The translations under genes were made by a program, and so were the position numbers. A stretch of 64,000 nt of DNA from Eledone cirrhosa (taxonomy: Eukaryota): assembly GCA_964016885.1 (NCBI GenBank), contig OZ024745.1:37820001-37884000 (forward strand), read 5' to 3'. Shown here one piece after another: positions 1 through 12,380 of this stretch; within the stretch, counting starts at the first letter, position 1, and each line of letters begins with the position of its first letter. Below the pieces are notes generated by a model. That model ran no database searches. It was given only the letters and a program-made list of their open reading frames with translations, and was not told the origin of the DNA.

Positions 1-1793
1 TCAGAAATGCACACGAACACTCACCCACATACATTTATATACATTTCATGTACACACAAACACACAGATTGTTATGCACGTACAGTCATGTATTTAGACA
101 TATACTCACACACAGATTGAAATAAACACACTTACGCATTCGTACATTCTCACATATGCGTACACGCGTACACTGACACACGTATAGTCATATATATACC
201 TTGTATTCAAATATATTCACAGATACTTACGCATATACACACAAATGCTCTCATATATGCACTCATACACAGAGTTAATCGTGCACATATTCACATACAC
301 GCTCACATACACACTCACGCACTCACATATACACACATACTCCATGTGCGTTGAAACACATTCAGAAACTCAGGCAGAAATGCAGTGATGCCTTTACACA
401 CATTCACAGAGATTCATATTAACATACTTTCCCTTTCCCACACACGTGCCCACGCATACGTTAACACTCATACGCCCACACACACTAACGCACGCACCCA
501 CACATACGCATATATACAGTGCTAAGTAATAAATGACAATAAAAAAACAGCCTGTAGACCGTAAAAACTAAAATGGCTATTTACTTTTTGTCTGAGGACA
601 AACTTGTAGATATATAATGAAACTGAATAATCTTCTGGGGCACAGTAAGTCGGTGACATAGCTAGAGGCATTATGAGAACCTCACGCTGAACAATAGACA
701 TACTCTTACCATTCTAACAAAGTAAATAAATTGAAATTTATCAGTCTTCAGGGCAGATTTTTTTTCTTTATGTAAATAATACTTGAATGATCAATATCGA
801 TACAGATGCTAATGCACATACAGTCATGCATTCACACATACATTCAAACACACATTGAGTCAGGTACACATTGATACACACAGTCTTAAATGTGTACACA
901 CATGTACAATCACCTACACACATTCATACACTCCACGTAAACTCAAACATACTCATAGATACTTACGCCTCAAAACGAAGAACAAATCACATAAATGACT
1001 TTTGTAGTATTTTTCAGACAGTTGAGATCAATGAGACGAATGTATTACGAGTAGCAGAGCCAAAGAAGGATTTTTAAGGTTCATTTTCCCAGACTGATAA
1101 ATGTGATGTGAATGGTACCTCAGAATAACGGACAGTACCCATGCATAACCATTGTAGTAGCTTCTCCCAAACTTGTAATATTGATATGATGGGTATCATA
1201 GAAAAAGGTATGTATGGTCCTGTAACTCCCGAGGGTGTAGTTGCGCGCAGCAGTGTCATACAGCGTTTCTAGGGTATTTTGAAATGTAGCCGAGCATATC
1301 TCCTCTTCAGGTCTTTTGCAGTCCCGCTACCCATATTTGTATGATGACACCTCAGAATAAATGATAATACTCATGAACGATTTTCATAGTTCATTATTCC
1401 AAACTGGTAAGATTAAGATTGATTTAAGTGATGCTTGAGGAGAGAGAGATAGAGTTTGTATCTGTTTTTGCTCTTCCTACGGCTCACACCTGTGTAGGTT
1501 TGGTTAAAATTCTATGAGGCTGCATTTCATTTTAGATTTAATCCTATCATGTCACTATTGTATCATCTCATGCCACTATTTTTCTGCGACAGAAGGCGAG
1601 ATTTGAACTTTTGTGATAACAACCTCTAACAATTTTGCATATCTCCAGTTCTGAACTGGCACTTTATTTATCTTTCCCAAAATGATGAAAGTCAAATTTG
1701 ACATCTGTGGGATTTGAAATCAATTTGCTGTGTGTCGGAAAAAATACCATAATGCATTAATGACGTTCTAACGGCTCTGCCAATTCAAGATAC

Positions 1794-1961
1794 ATAATTG
1801 TTTCTACTTTAGGCACAAGGCCAGCACTTGTACTTTATTTTATCGACCCCGTAAGGATGAAAGGCAAAGTCAATCTCGGCGGGATTTGAACTCAGATCGT
1901 AAAGGGACATGCTGGAAAGCATGGCGTCCAACCCTCTACCGATACTGCCAATCCACCGCCC
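1794..1961 (-). mobile_element. tRNA-derived SINE (octopus-type)
   Basis: Minus strand has A-box-like TGGCAGTATCGG and B-box GAGTTCAAATCC, a body ctttgcctttcatccttacggggtcgataaaataaagtac and a tail ccttgtgcctaaagtagaaacaattat. A 15-bp TSD-like repeat ttcaagatacataat occurs at 1784-1798 and 1971-1985. Confidence 0.85.
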
Positions 1962-2999
1962 TTTTCAAGATTCAAGATACATAATGACCGTTATTCAAGA
2001 TACATTAATTACACTTATCCAAGGCTAATGAGATTGATGCTGATGATAAAAAGCCTGAAAGTTTGAAAGTCAATTCTTTCAATGAAAGCGTGAGCATAGT
2101 GTAAACTTGAGGATGGGGTAGCATCTGGTACCTGCATGTTTGCAACACATCCTGGTTGTTAGGGCGTTGGGCTCAATATTATATCATTCTGGTTCAACTC
2201 CTAGACCAGGCGGCACTTTGTGCTTGCTCTTGGGATAAACTCTTCATTGCACGTTCCCAGACATAATATGCCCGGGACCCCTGTCATTATAACACTCAAG
2301 AAACCTCATAGGAGGCCTATTAAATGTACATAAGTGTGAGATATACATTTCAATACATTTTATGAACCAGATTAATGTACTGAAGCGGAAGGGTGTGTGT
2401 CTAAAGACCAAATGTAAATACCCAATGACAACACGAAAGTATACAAGATACGAAAAGTTTTTAAGTTGAAATTTCTAAACCAAACAAAACAAATGGAGAC
2501 GAACACATAGAAATTGAATTTTGTAATGAAATCTTAAATAAAGTTCTCTTGATCATGATAATAAAATAGCCATTTATTCTGCCCTCGGGATAAAACTGCA
2601 GAAACGTGATATAACTGAAAAGAAACAATCTTCTCAGCCTCCTCAGTCAGTCCTTACATAGCTAAAGGCAATACACATTTTCACAACCTTAAATTCTGGT
2701 ATAAACGTGTGTAAAACTAAGAACACACGCCTTATCGGAGCAAACAACAAGGGCAACGATAACAACAAAAACAACAAAAACCACAATTACAACGCTGACA
2801 AAAATAACAACAACAATCAAATTTGCTAACATAAGCACAAGGCTGGTTATACTTTCTGGGAAGTGTGTGTATTTGACTGCCATTTATTTAATATGGTTTC
2901 GTTATAAGCCACAATACTGGCAGTTTGGGAGAAATTTAAAATCGATTATATTGAGCCCAATATTTAACTGATACGTTATTTTTTCGACCCCAGGAAGAT

Positions 3000-5100
3000 G
3001 CGCAATTTACCGGTCAACTGACCGAGCACCCCAGAGCACTGTCCGAAGTCACAAACCTGCTTTCACGTGCCAAACTGCTGGCCAATGGACTTTTCCTGCC
3101 TGATGTTTTCTCCCGTCTCAGGGTCTTATTCCTTTAGAAAATGTACCAAACACTACCTCTTTTGCTGTGTCCGACACTATAATGACGTTGATTTTACATA
3201 ATAAAACGACTCTCCCTATCACTCATCTCGGTTCAAGCAGAATGACTTTCAAGAAGTGGGTCAAGTAACAATACGTTGAGAAGCGGCTAGAAAGAGCACA
3301 TGTGGCGGAGCGCTGGCCTGACGCTGAACAGCTTCGAAATGTGACTGAGAATTGTAGAGATTCAGCCCCTGGAAACGGACCAAAAATCAGCCGCCGGGTA
3401 ACGATCGTTGACCGAATAGAAAGTTTTTGATTGATCCAGATTATCGTCGTCTCTATGGTGTGTTGATTGCGCTGAAGATTGTTGTAAATGGATCTATTCA
3501 AAATTTAACCATTTTGGGCAAAATTGTAAACTCTGCATCCAGGAAATTTGTGGCTGGAAATTATCAAACGTGTGTCCCGTGTTAGTGTCCTTTTTCAGCT
3601 GTGAAACCGCTTCTCCGCTCTTGGAACTGAGGAATTGTCTGTTCTAATGTCGGTTGCAGTAAATCTCTATCTGTCAAAATATCAACAAACAAGTCTGGCA
3701 AGGACTTGTAAAGCTCATGAGATAGACCATCCAGACTTGAGTTTCGCGTGGCAGTCCATCATCCCCTGTATTTCTGCATATGTTGTTGGTTTGGTGCTAC
3801 ACCATGCTACGTCAACTGAGAGCCGCCATCTCCCACTTTTCATGAACAGTGGAGCAAAGTGCCACTGAAAAGCTACATACATGTGCTCGGAATTGAGCAT
3901 TAGGCATCAATCATGATCCACCAAAACCGAATTATAGCTTTATTTCCACGCCGTGCTTCTACTACCTGAACCCAGCGAGAGAATTCGTTCGTCCATGATT
4001 TAGTGTATGGGATTTAGCTATGTCAACACTATCTTTGTATTTTATGACAAAGAAATTGTCACTAGCACCTCCGTTGCAATGCCTCTATTAATAGCCTCTT
4101 CTACTTGCTTACTAGTTCCTTCTCTAATTCGTTTCTTTCTATTACTCGCTCTAGTCTGCTCTAATTGCCCTCATCAGGCCGCCCAGCACCGATTGTTGAC
4201 GATAGCTCCAGTTCAGTCAGACGTGGATCTCGACAAGCCAGAACATCAGGTGATAGTAGGATGCGATGTACGTGTCTGTCACATCTACCCGACCATTTAG
4301 TGATATATTTGTTTCAGCCAATTTCAGGGTGAGAGTGTCTACCATTACCTCGTCCCAGTTTTTATTCATTTGGACCAAATCATACACCAAGTAATTTAAC
4401 TGGTCTGACCGTCCAGTAAGATGCTGTTGACGGCATGGATCTGCTCCTCCAGGTGCCGAGCTACAGGCACAGTGACTGTTCCTGGTTAATTTCCGCTTCC
4501 TCTATGGCTTCGTACTACCTGGGAGTGGTGCATATTATTATGTGTTCGGTGTTCGAAACCACCTCGGGAACGTTGTCGACACATACTGATATAGGTCTTC
4601 CACAGCCTAAGTCACGCGAAACACGTTCCTCAACGTTTCTGTAGTACTCTTTCGAGAATCAATAAATACATGTGGGACGAAAGTGGAGAGCCTAGTACCG
4701 AGCGCACAATGCTGAACGTTTACCAGAGGTTCCCGTTCACTCTAACCACAGAGCATATGTATTTGTGCATTGCAGCGATACATCTTCTGAAACGGCGACG
4801 GGCAGCTGCGTTGGGGATTTCCACGATTGTCAGCTCCGTAAAAAGCTTTCGATTAATCTATGTTCAAAATGGTCTTACCCGTACCATTTTCTTACCCATC
4901 CTCGCTATATTGTATCGCATGAAGACGAATTTGTCGTTGCTGGATCTGTTCAAAATGGATCATGTTTCAGCCTCTTCTCCCCAACAAAAGACGACATGAG
5001 CCAACTTTGTCGCTAAAATTTGGCCAACATTTTGAAATCTGCATTTAGTAGAGTTATGGCCTTAAATTTATCAATATAGTTCTCGCTCGGCTCCTTTCTC
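3000..5100 (-). mobile_element. decayed Tx1/L1-type LINE ORF2 fragments (probably two pieces)
   Basis: Minus-strand translations match the intact ORF2 at 33535-36954, e.g. AFQWHFAPLF vs AFQRHFAQLF, an NLDQSK-like segment near 3400-3445 and a GLQLGTWR-like segment near 4445-4470. Many stops and indels. Confidence 0.8.
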
Positions 5101-5958
5101 AGAAGCACCACCGCTCCTCGTACCCATTGAATGGCTTTAATTCCCTTGTGTCTAGAAGCATATTTGCTAAACTTGAACATATTTTCAGAATATTATATTT
5201 TCCTTCAAATTTTACATTTTTTAATGTATACTTGTTAACGCGAATTGGAGTTAAAACGTTGGTTAAAATGTATTTTAATGCTCGTTCTCGTTCTCTTTGC
5301 CCTGAGCTGATGTCAAATTTGATGTCAAATTTGCCTTTCATCGCTTCAAGATCAATAAAGTACCATTTCAATATTGAGGTAAATTCTTTGTCTATTACAT
5401 ATTCTCTCTCACTTCCATTGCATTTCTCTAGACCAAATCGTTTATGTTCCGCTCTGAAGAGAAATGGGCACCACCAGGTTTTAATGCACAAGACACGCCG
5501 TTTAGAGCAACTATGCCCTTACGACGGCATCAGTTCAGGATCAATGGAAAGAAATAATTAGCATTAAACATTTTTATTGGTCTTGCACACAACAAAATAA
5601 CGTACCGGTCGAAAATACACATAGATGTTATTGATTGTGAATTGAAAGTCAAAAATAAAAAAGGCTTCTGAAATAACAATAGTAATAATTTTATTTGCTA
5701 TAAAATTCTGAGAGAAATTATTATTGAATAAATAATAATTGCAATATATAAATCTAAGCAAAGCAAAGGTAAATAAAAAAAAAACATTAGAATTACATAA
5801 ATTGCAGATATATAGTAATGGAAAGAACCGACATTGGAATCAAGTGTTAACGATTTAGGAAAACAAAGGTATAAAAGAAATATAACATTTAAAATCCATT
5901 GTTTGAAACTGAACGTATATAATATATGAAATATAAAAATGGAAACATTATATTTCTG

Positions 5959-6024
5959 AACACACACAAGCACACACGCCCGCAGACACACACACACACA
6001 CACACACAAGCACACACGCCCGCA

Positions 6025-6107
<83 letters not shown>

Positions 6108-6118
6108 GCACACACGCC

Positions 6119-6188
<70 letters not shown>

Positions 6189-6205
6189 GACACACAGACA
6201 CACGC
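5959..6205. repeat. (CA)n microsatellite with repeated interruptions
   Basis: Long CA run interrupted three times by an aagcacacacgcccgca unit. Confidence 0.95.
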
Positions 6206-6383
6206 CCCCCCACATATATATGTATATATGTGCATATATATAAATAAACAATGAGTTATTTGGTTTGTTGATTATTCAACAAACTTAATTTTACAGATTA
6301 GAAGCACTCAACATATGTTTATCCGGAGTATCATTAATATCAATAATATTAATAAATGGAAAATATCTTTATAAAACCATATT

Positions 6384-6444
6384 TATTTTATTATACGTAT
6401 TTCAAGGGTACTAATATTTAAGTACGCTTTCGTCAGATAAAATA
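6384..6444 (-). ncRNA. minimal type I hammerhead ribozyme
   Basis: tattttat-CTGACGA-stem II (gtact/agtac)-GAAA-tacgta-TA-ataaaata: 8-bp stem I and palindromic stem III. Confidence 0.8.
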
Positions 6445-6739
6445 TAATAATTGGTGTAAGGATAGTGATATATCTTTATGTGAACTTCATGTTATAAGTT
6501 CAGTGAGGATAGTGAATAGAATTGTTCAAAACTCAAGGGAAATAGGTAATGAGGATAACGTTAAAACTGAAAAGATCCGTTAAGTTTAGACGCTAGATAG
6601 ATTTTAAATATTTATTACAATTTTTTTTAAAGGGTTTGCTATTAAATTTGAAAACATTATTGGAAAGTTATTTTAGAATTATTTATAGAAATATACATAT
6701 ATACACCCATGTATATATATATAAATATGTAGCCTTCCA

Positions 6740-7342
6740 TTAGTATGAAAGATCATATACTACAAGACATCAATTTACTTAGTCTGCTATATTCCAATGA
6801 TTTGAGCTGGAATGATTATATCACACACCGATTGAAAAGTCTGCTACCCAGAAATTTAGGTCACTGTATCATTAGTCCTTGAATTGAGTATTGTTGCAAC
6901 ATCTGATCTGGTGCTTCTGGCATTCATCTCGAAAATCTAGGTAAGATCCAAATCGAATCGTCAACATTGTTGTTACCGATTCATCATGTCAGCTTCAATC
7001 ACTATGACACCGTCAAAACGTTGCTTCTCTTTGAATTTCTTCTTTTAAATTATCATGGGAATTTTTCTGATGAACTTGCACGGAGCACCAGATTGGTGGC
7101 TAGGTCTCATCCAATTAGAGTTGAAATTCCTAAATGTAGTTGCAAATTCTATTCTAATAGTTGCACATTTCCCGGTGTCTTGCTGTATTGAACTCTATAA
7201 TTTAAAAAATTCAAAAGCAGCACCAATCGTCATCTTCTCTCTTCTCGAATTATGTGCTATTTGTTTTTTCCTTCTCTTTTCTCTATAACCCTTCGCATTT
7301 TTATGGATTTATTGCCTTGCTTGGGGTGAGCAAAAGAAAAAT
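6740..7342 (+). mobile_element. decayed 3' end of a LINE (Jockey/CR1-group-like)
   Basis: Remnants resembling DLSWNDYI and EYCCNI.SGA of a post-RT domain, ending in an A-rich tail at about 7332-7342. Heavily mutated. Confidence 0.5.
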
Positions 7343-7824
7343 AATCTATATATCTAATTAAGGAAATATAGCAGTTATTCATAAATGAAAGTAGCCGTCT
7401 CTCGTTCTCCAGCTCCTTTTTTCTTTGGAACAAATTGATTGCGCTCAGACATGCAGAGTAATGGGCCTGGATAGGATTAAACACCAAATACAAGCCGTAT
7501 ATCATGAATATGAACCAAAAACAGAAACAAGAGATCAGTATCCATAGATGGATGGATGATTAATAGATGAGACAATAGAAAAAACGCAGATTTTGATGAA
7601 CAGGAGGAAACTATTAAATAAATGTTGATTATCAGGCCTCCAAACACATTCACATATTTAGTGTCCATTACTATGTTATATATGGTAGTTAGGGCGCCTG
7701 ATTCCATCTATCATTTATTATATCAACTTACAGATTATCACAGACAGAAAACGGAAACAACGACTTTGACCTGAAACTAGAAGAATGGTCAAAGTGGGAG
7801 GGATGGTCACACATATATATACAC

Positions 7825-7826
<2 letters not shown>

Positions 7827-7912
<86 letters not shown>
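7827..7912. repeat. (TA)n microsatellite
   Basis: Pure AT dinucleotide run, one of many flanking the fold-back elements. Confidence 0.95.
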
Positions 7913-7917
<5 letters not shown>

Positions 7918-8077
7918 TTGGTGCTCTGAAATAGCGATATATATATGAATGTATATATAGTGTATTTTGCAATACACTGTATGCTTAATTAAAAGCATTT
8001 CGAAGACCATACGCTATTGTTTTAGAGTAGTGACAGTCTCACTTACTTTAAATTTTCAGCAAACAAGGGGGACATAA

Positions 8078-8122
8078 AGCTGACAGAGCTCTGTTTCGTA
8101 CTTTTTGGTACTTATCAAAGCC
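8078..8122 (-). ncRNA. hammerhead ribozyme, U3-A8 core variant
   Basis: ggct-TTGATAA-gtac caaaaa gtac-GAAA-cagagctctg-TC-agct: GUC cleavage triplet and palindromic stem III. Confidence 0.75.
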
Positions 8123-8572
8123 AAGTACTCCACCTGTTTGTTGAAAATCATGACTGTTTGATTCTTATAGAATTCTAGTAATAATCAGAAACTGATTATA
8201 CAGAGCGGTTACCGGTCAAGCAGAAATTGAAAAGTACCTAAAAGTACGAAACGGAACTCTGACAGCTTTATCTCCCCTTGTTGCTGAAAATTTAAAGTAA
8301 GTGAGACTGTCACTACTCTAAAACAATAGCGTAAAGTCTTCGAAATGTTTTTAATTAGCATACAGTGTATTGCAAAATACACTATATATATATATATATA
8401 TATATATTAGAATTGGTGCTCTGAAATAGCGATACATATATGAATGTATATATAATGTATTTTGCAATAGACTGTATGCTTAAGTAAAAGCATTTCGAAG
8501 ACCATACGCTATCGTTTTAGAGTACTGACAGTCTCACTTACTTTAAATTTTCAGCAAACAAGGGGGAGATAA

Positions 8573-8617
8573 AGCTGACAGAGCTCTGTTTCGTACTTTT
8601 TAGTACTTATCAAAGCC
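8573..8617 (-). ncRNA. hammerhead ribozyme, U3-A8 core variant
   Basis: ggct-TTGATAA-gtac taaaaa gtac-GAAA-cagagctctg-TC-agct. Confidence 0.75.
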
Positions 8618-8888
8618 AAGTACTCCACCTGTTTGTTGAAAGTCATGACTGTTTGATTCTTATAGAATTCTAGTAATAATCAGGAACTGATTATACAGAG
8701 CGGTTACCGGTCAAGCAGAAATTGAAAAGTACCAAAAAGTACGAAACAGAACTCTGACAGCTTTATCTCCCCTTGTTTGCTGAAAATTTAAAGTAAGTGA
8801 GACTGTCACTACTCTAAAACAATAGCGTAAGGTCTTCGAAATGTTTTTAATTAGCATACAGTGTATTGCAAAATACACTATATATACA

Positions 8889-8928
<40 letters not shown>

Positions 8929-9088
8929 TTGGTGCTCTGAAATAGCGATATATATATGAATGTATATATAGTGTATTTTGCAATAGACTGTATGCTTAAG
9001 TAAAAGCATTTCGAAGACCATACGCTATTGTTTTAGAGTAGTGACAGTCTAACTTACTTTAAATTTTCAGCAAACAAGGGGGAGATAA

Positions 9089-9133
9089 AGCTGACAGAGC
9101 TCTGTTTCGTACTTTTTGGTACTCATCAAAGCC
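9089..9133 (-). ncRNA. hammerhead ribozyme, U3/G8 core
   Basis: ggct-TTGATGA-gtac caaaaa gtac-GAAA-cagagctctg-TC-agct. Confidence 0.7.
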
Positions 9134-9389
9134 AAGTACTCCACCTGTTTGTTGAAAATCATGACTGTTTGATTCTTATAGAATTCTATTAATAATCAGG
9201 AACTGATTATACAGAGCAGAAATTGAAAAGTACCAAAAAGTACGAAACAGAGCTCTGTCAGCTTTATCTCCCCCTGTTTGCTGAAAATTTAAAGTAAGTG
9301 AGACTGTCACTACTCTAAAACAATAGCGTAAGGTCTTCGAAATGTTTTTAATTAGCATACAGTGTATTGCAAAATACACTATATATACA

Positions 9390-9477
<88 letters not shown>

Positions 9478-9546
9478 TATACATATACATATATATATGT
9501 GTATATATATTATATGTATATGTGTATATGTATATATAGATATATT

Positions 9547-9597
<51 letters not shown>

Positions 9598-10719
9598 GAA
9601 TGTATGTGTGTGTGGGTGTATATATATGCTTTACATACGCACACAAACAAACACACATATATCATATATGTATATATTTACACCAAGGCACTCAAACACT
9701 CTTTTAGACATACACTCACACACACACACATCTGCGATGTAATTAGCAGACAATATAGCCAGCAAATATGTCATAATATTTTCGAAAACTGAGTTAATAT
9801 GAGAAAATATCACAGTCGATTGGATCAGTACATTATGAATAATTATTTTATCGACTGCAGAAAATACCATCTTCATAATCACCACCACCACCACCACCGT
9901 AGATCATCAGAACTTGAGAGCGTTGGCCAAAATGCTTCGCAGGAATTAGATAGGGTCTTTACGTTCCGAGTTCAAGTAGCTGTTAGGTACTGGGGTCTAT
10001 GAAGTCGACCTTACGCTCATCTCCTTGTAACAGCTTTATTCATATTAGTTCCTTTCATTGGGTTGTCGTTTGCTGAAGCCGAGCCATCAGTACTTTTGTC
10101 AGGCCCCAACTACTTATTTTTAATATTATAATACATACAATCCAGCATTCTGTTATTTTTAATCAGACCTTTCCTAACCTTTGGATACCTTTAGCAGGGT
10201 CTACTCTATTCCAAGTATTCGGCCCAGATATACGGTTAAGTATAATTCCTTTCCTTTCACTATTCTTGGTGGTCGGGAATAGGGTTGTGGGTATTGCCCT
10301 GTTTCTCTTGACAAAACAAACAAAAACGAAAAAATAACAAGGATATTCCACGTTTTCGACATTTGGAAGAACCACGTGTTATGTCACAGTATTGTCACTA
10401 CGATCATAAACACAAGGTGTGCCACCTGCAATAGAAAGTGCCCGTGATGTTTAAATACCAGTCATTAACGAGAGATTCTATTTCACACTTGTTGCTTTGG
10501 TCACCAGCTGCCAGCGTTCTATTGGTATGAAGCCGAAGGAAGGAGCTGCTGTGAGATGGAACGGCTGATACTGCGGATATCATCAGATGTTCTTCCTGAA
10601 CAGCCGTTTGTCCTAGTGACAAAATAGCCATAAGCAAAATTATAGGATTCAAAGAGTTGAACAACTTACATGGAAAATAGGTCCTTCAGGATGGACAAAC
10701 GAATGAAGATTATAAGTTT

Positions 10720-10966
10720 TCGGATTATTAACCTCATTGGTATTTATAAAATATTGCAGATATCTTCAGAATGAGAAAGAGAACACACATATACACACTC
10801 ATATACATACATATACAGGCACACTGATATACACACAAGCACACAATTCCGCACACAAACACACACAATAAAGAGTTAAGGTTAAGTGGATAAAGAGTAG
10901 TCTCCCTTTAAAAGGGTTTTTTTGTACATGCCTGTTTAAGTGTGTGGGAGAATGTGTGAGGTGTAA

Positions 10967-10997
<31 letters not shown>

Positions 10998-11394
10998 AGT
11001 GTGAGAAGATATGTCTATACGTAAATGTGGGGGATAGATGTTATCTCGTGTTAGAACTGGTCTTTGTGTGTATATGTGTGTGTGTGAGAGAGAATAAGTG
11101 GAGGTGTAGGTGTGTGTGTGTGTGCGTGTGTGTGTGCGTGTGTGTGGGAGGGGTGTGTTGTGTAAATATGGGGCTGGATGGTATATCAAGTTATAAATTG
11201 GTGTTGAGTTCTAGTCTATTATTGATTGGTGGTTGTGTTTTGTCTATAATTAGTGCTTCCTTAATTCTAAGATTGCCGAGGTTTTTTTCCTTAGTTTCTA
11301 TCGTAACTGTTATGGTTTTGTCGGTGTTTTTGCATTTAACTAGGTGTTTCTTAAATGAGGAAGCGTTAGTATTGAGGTGTTCTTTTAACCTCCT

Positions 11395-11396
<2 letters not shown>
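10720..11396 (-). mobile_element. 5'-truncated Penelope-like element (GIY-YIG C-terminus plus CA-rich 3' region)
   Basis: The minus strand at about 11191-11396 reads RLKEHLNTNASSFKKHLVKC...LRIKEALIIDKTQPPINNRLE*, typical of the end of a PLE GIY-YIG domain. It starts at a (TA)n tract and has a degenerate CTGAAGA hammerhead remnant near 10733-10775. Confidence 0.7.
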
Positions 11397-11453
<57 letters not shown>

Positions 11454-11585
11454 GTGAGGTTTATTTTTACAAAATGAAAAATAACCGAGGTGTCCTACAC
11501 GAGTGAAAGTATAAAGAAAAAGAGATGAAATCGAAAATGCAACTGGAGTCTTATTTTTAAAAAAAATATATATATTTATTTGGTT

Positions 11586-11623
11586 CCTTTACCGGTTTCG
11601 CAGTTCTTCTGCTTTTCAAAAGG
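11586..11623 (-). ncRNA. minimal hammerhead ribozyme, U3-A8 variant
   Basis: cctt-TTGAAAA-gcag aagaa ctgc-GAAA-ccgg-TA-aagg. Confidence 0.72.
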
Positions 11624-11695
11624 TGAGTTGAGATGGAGGGTCTGTGATTTTTCTCACATCTGAGAGAAAAACCACAGACCCTCCATCTCAACTCA

Positions 11696-11733
11696 CCTTT
11701 TGAAAAGCAGAAGAACTGCGAAATCGGTAAAGG
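11696..11733 (+). ncRNA. minimal hammerhead ribozyme, U3-A8 variant (inverted copy)
   Basis: cctt-TTGAAAA-gcag aagaa ctgc-GAAA-tcgg-TA-aagg. Confidence 0.68.
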
Positions 11734-11802
11734 AACCAAATAAATATATATATTTAAAAAAAAAATAAGACTCCAGTTGCATTTTCGATTTCATCTCTTT
11801 TT

Positions 11803-11851
<49 letters not shown>

Positions 11852-12109
11852 CACGTGTGTGTATGATTGTGTATAGAAGATTATATTGATAAAAGGAATT
11901 CCAACTTTGTCTGATTTACTCGTTTTATTTACAATCCTTTAAAATTTATAATGGTATTAGAATGAAATAGTATGGTAGAATATTAAATGTTAAGTGTTAA
12001 TTGAACAAGTACTTTCATGCTTTCGCAATCTTCAGGTTCATATTCTATATTGATAATAACTGCAGTCAAGTTTGCAATTTTCAACTATTTATATATATAT
12101 GTATATGTA

Positions 12110-12169
<60 letters not shown>

Positions 12170-12380
12170 CATATATTCATGAATGCATTATATTTATTAT
12201 ATTTATTTTCGTAAATGATTAAATATGTACTTATGGCAGATGTACTTTTATGATAAATGTCTATTAATATTTCGTGTTCATTTATTTCTTGTACATATTT
12301 ATATATTAATTACCACATATATATAGTACAACGGTAAAGCTATATTTATTTATATATCCGTTTTGATGAAAACTGTATTG

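Larger units (their letters stand above)
7911..9393. repeat. three tandem ~500-bp fold-back units separated by (TA)n, each with a hammerhead
   Basis: Units start attagaattggtgctctg at about 7911, 8407 and 8922. Each has inverted arms of about 155-165 bp around a spacer of about 105-120 bp. Confidence 0.92.
11510..11808. repeat. near-perfect palindrome (~148-bp arms) abutting (TA)n
   Basis: 11510-11656 is the reverse complement of about 11662-11808, with few mismatches. Confidence 0.93.

Noticed and set aside
1255-1315. Minus-strand CTGAAGA...GAAAcgctgTA hammerhead-like motif
   Set aside because: Stem I does not pair, so at best it is a decayed remnant.
5698-6251. ORFs of VCVC/HTHT and similar YIYI ORFs throughout the window
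   Set aside because: They are translations of (CA)n and (TA)n microsatellites, which lack stop codons.
12010-12040. Minus-strand CTGAAGA-ttgc-GAAA
   Set aside because: No stem II and no correctly placed UH or stem I.
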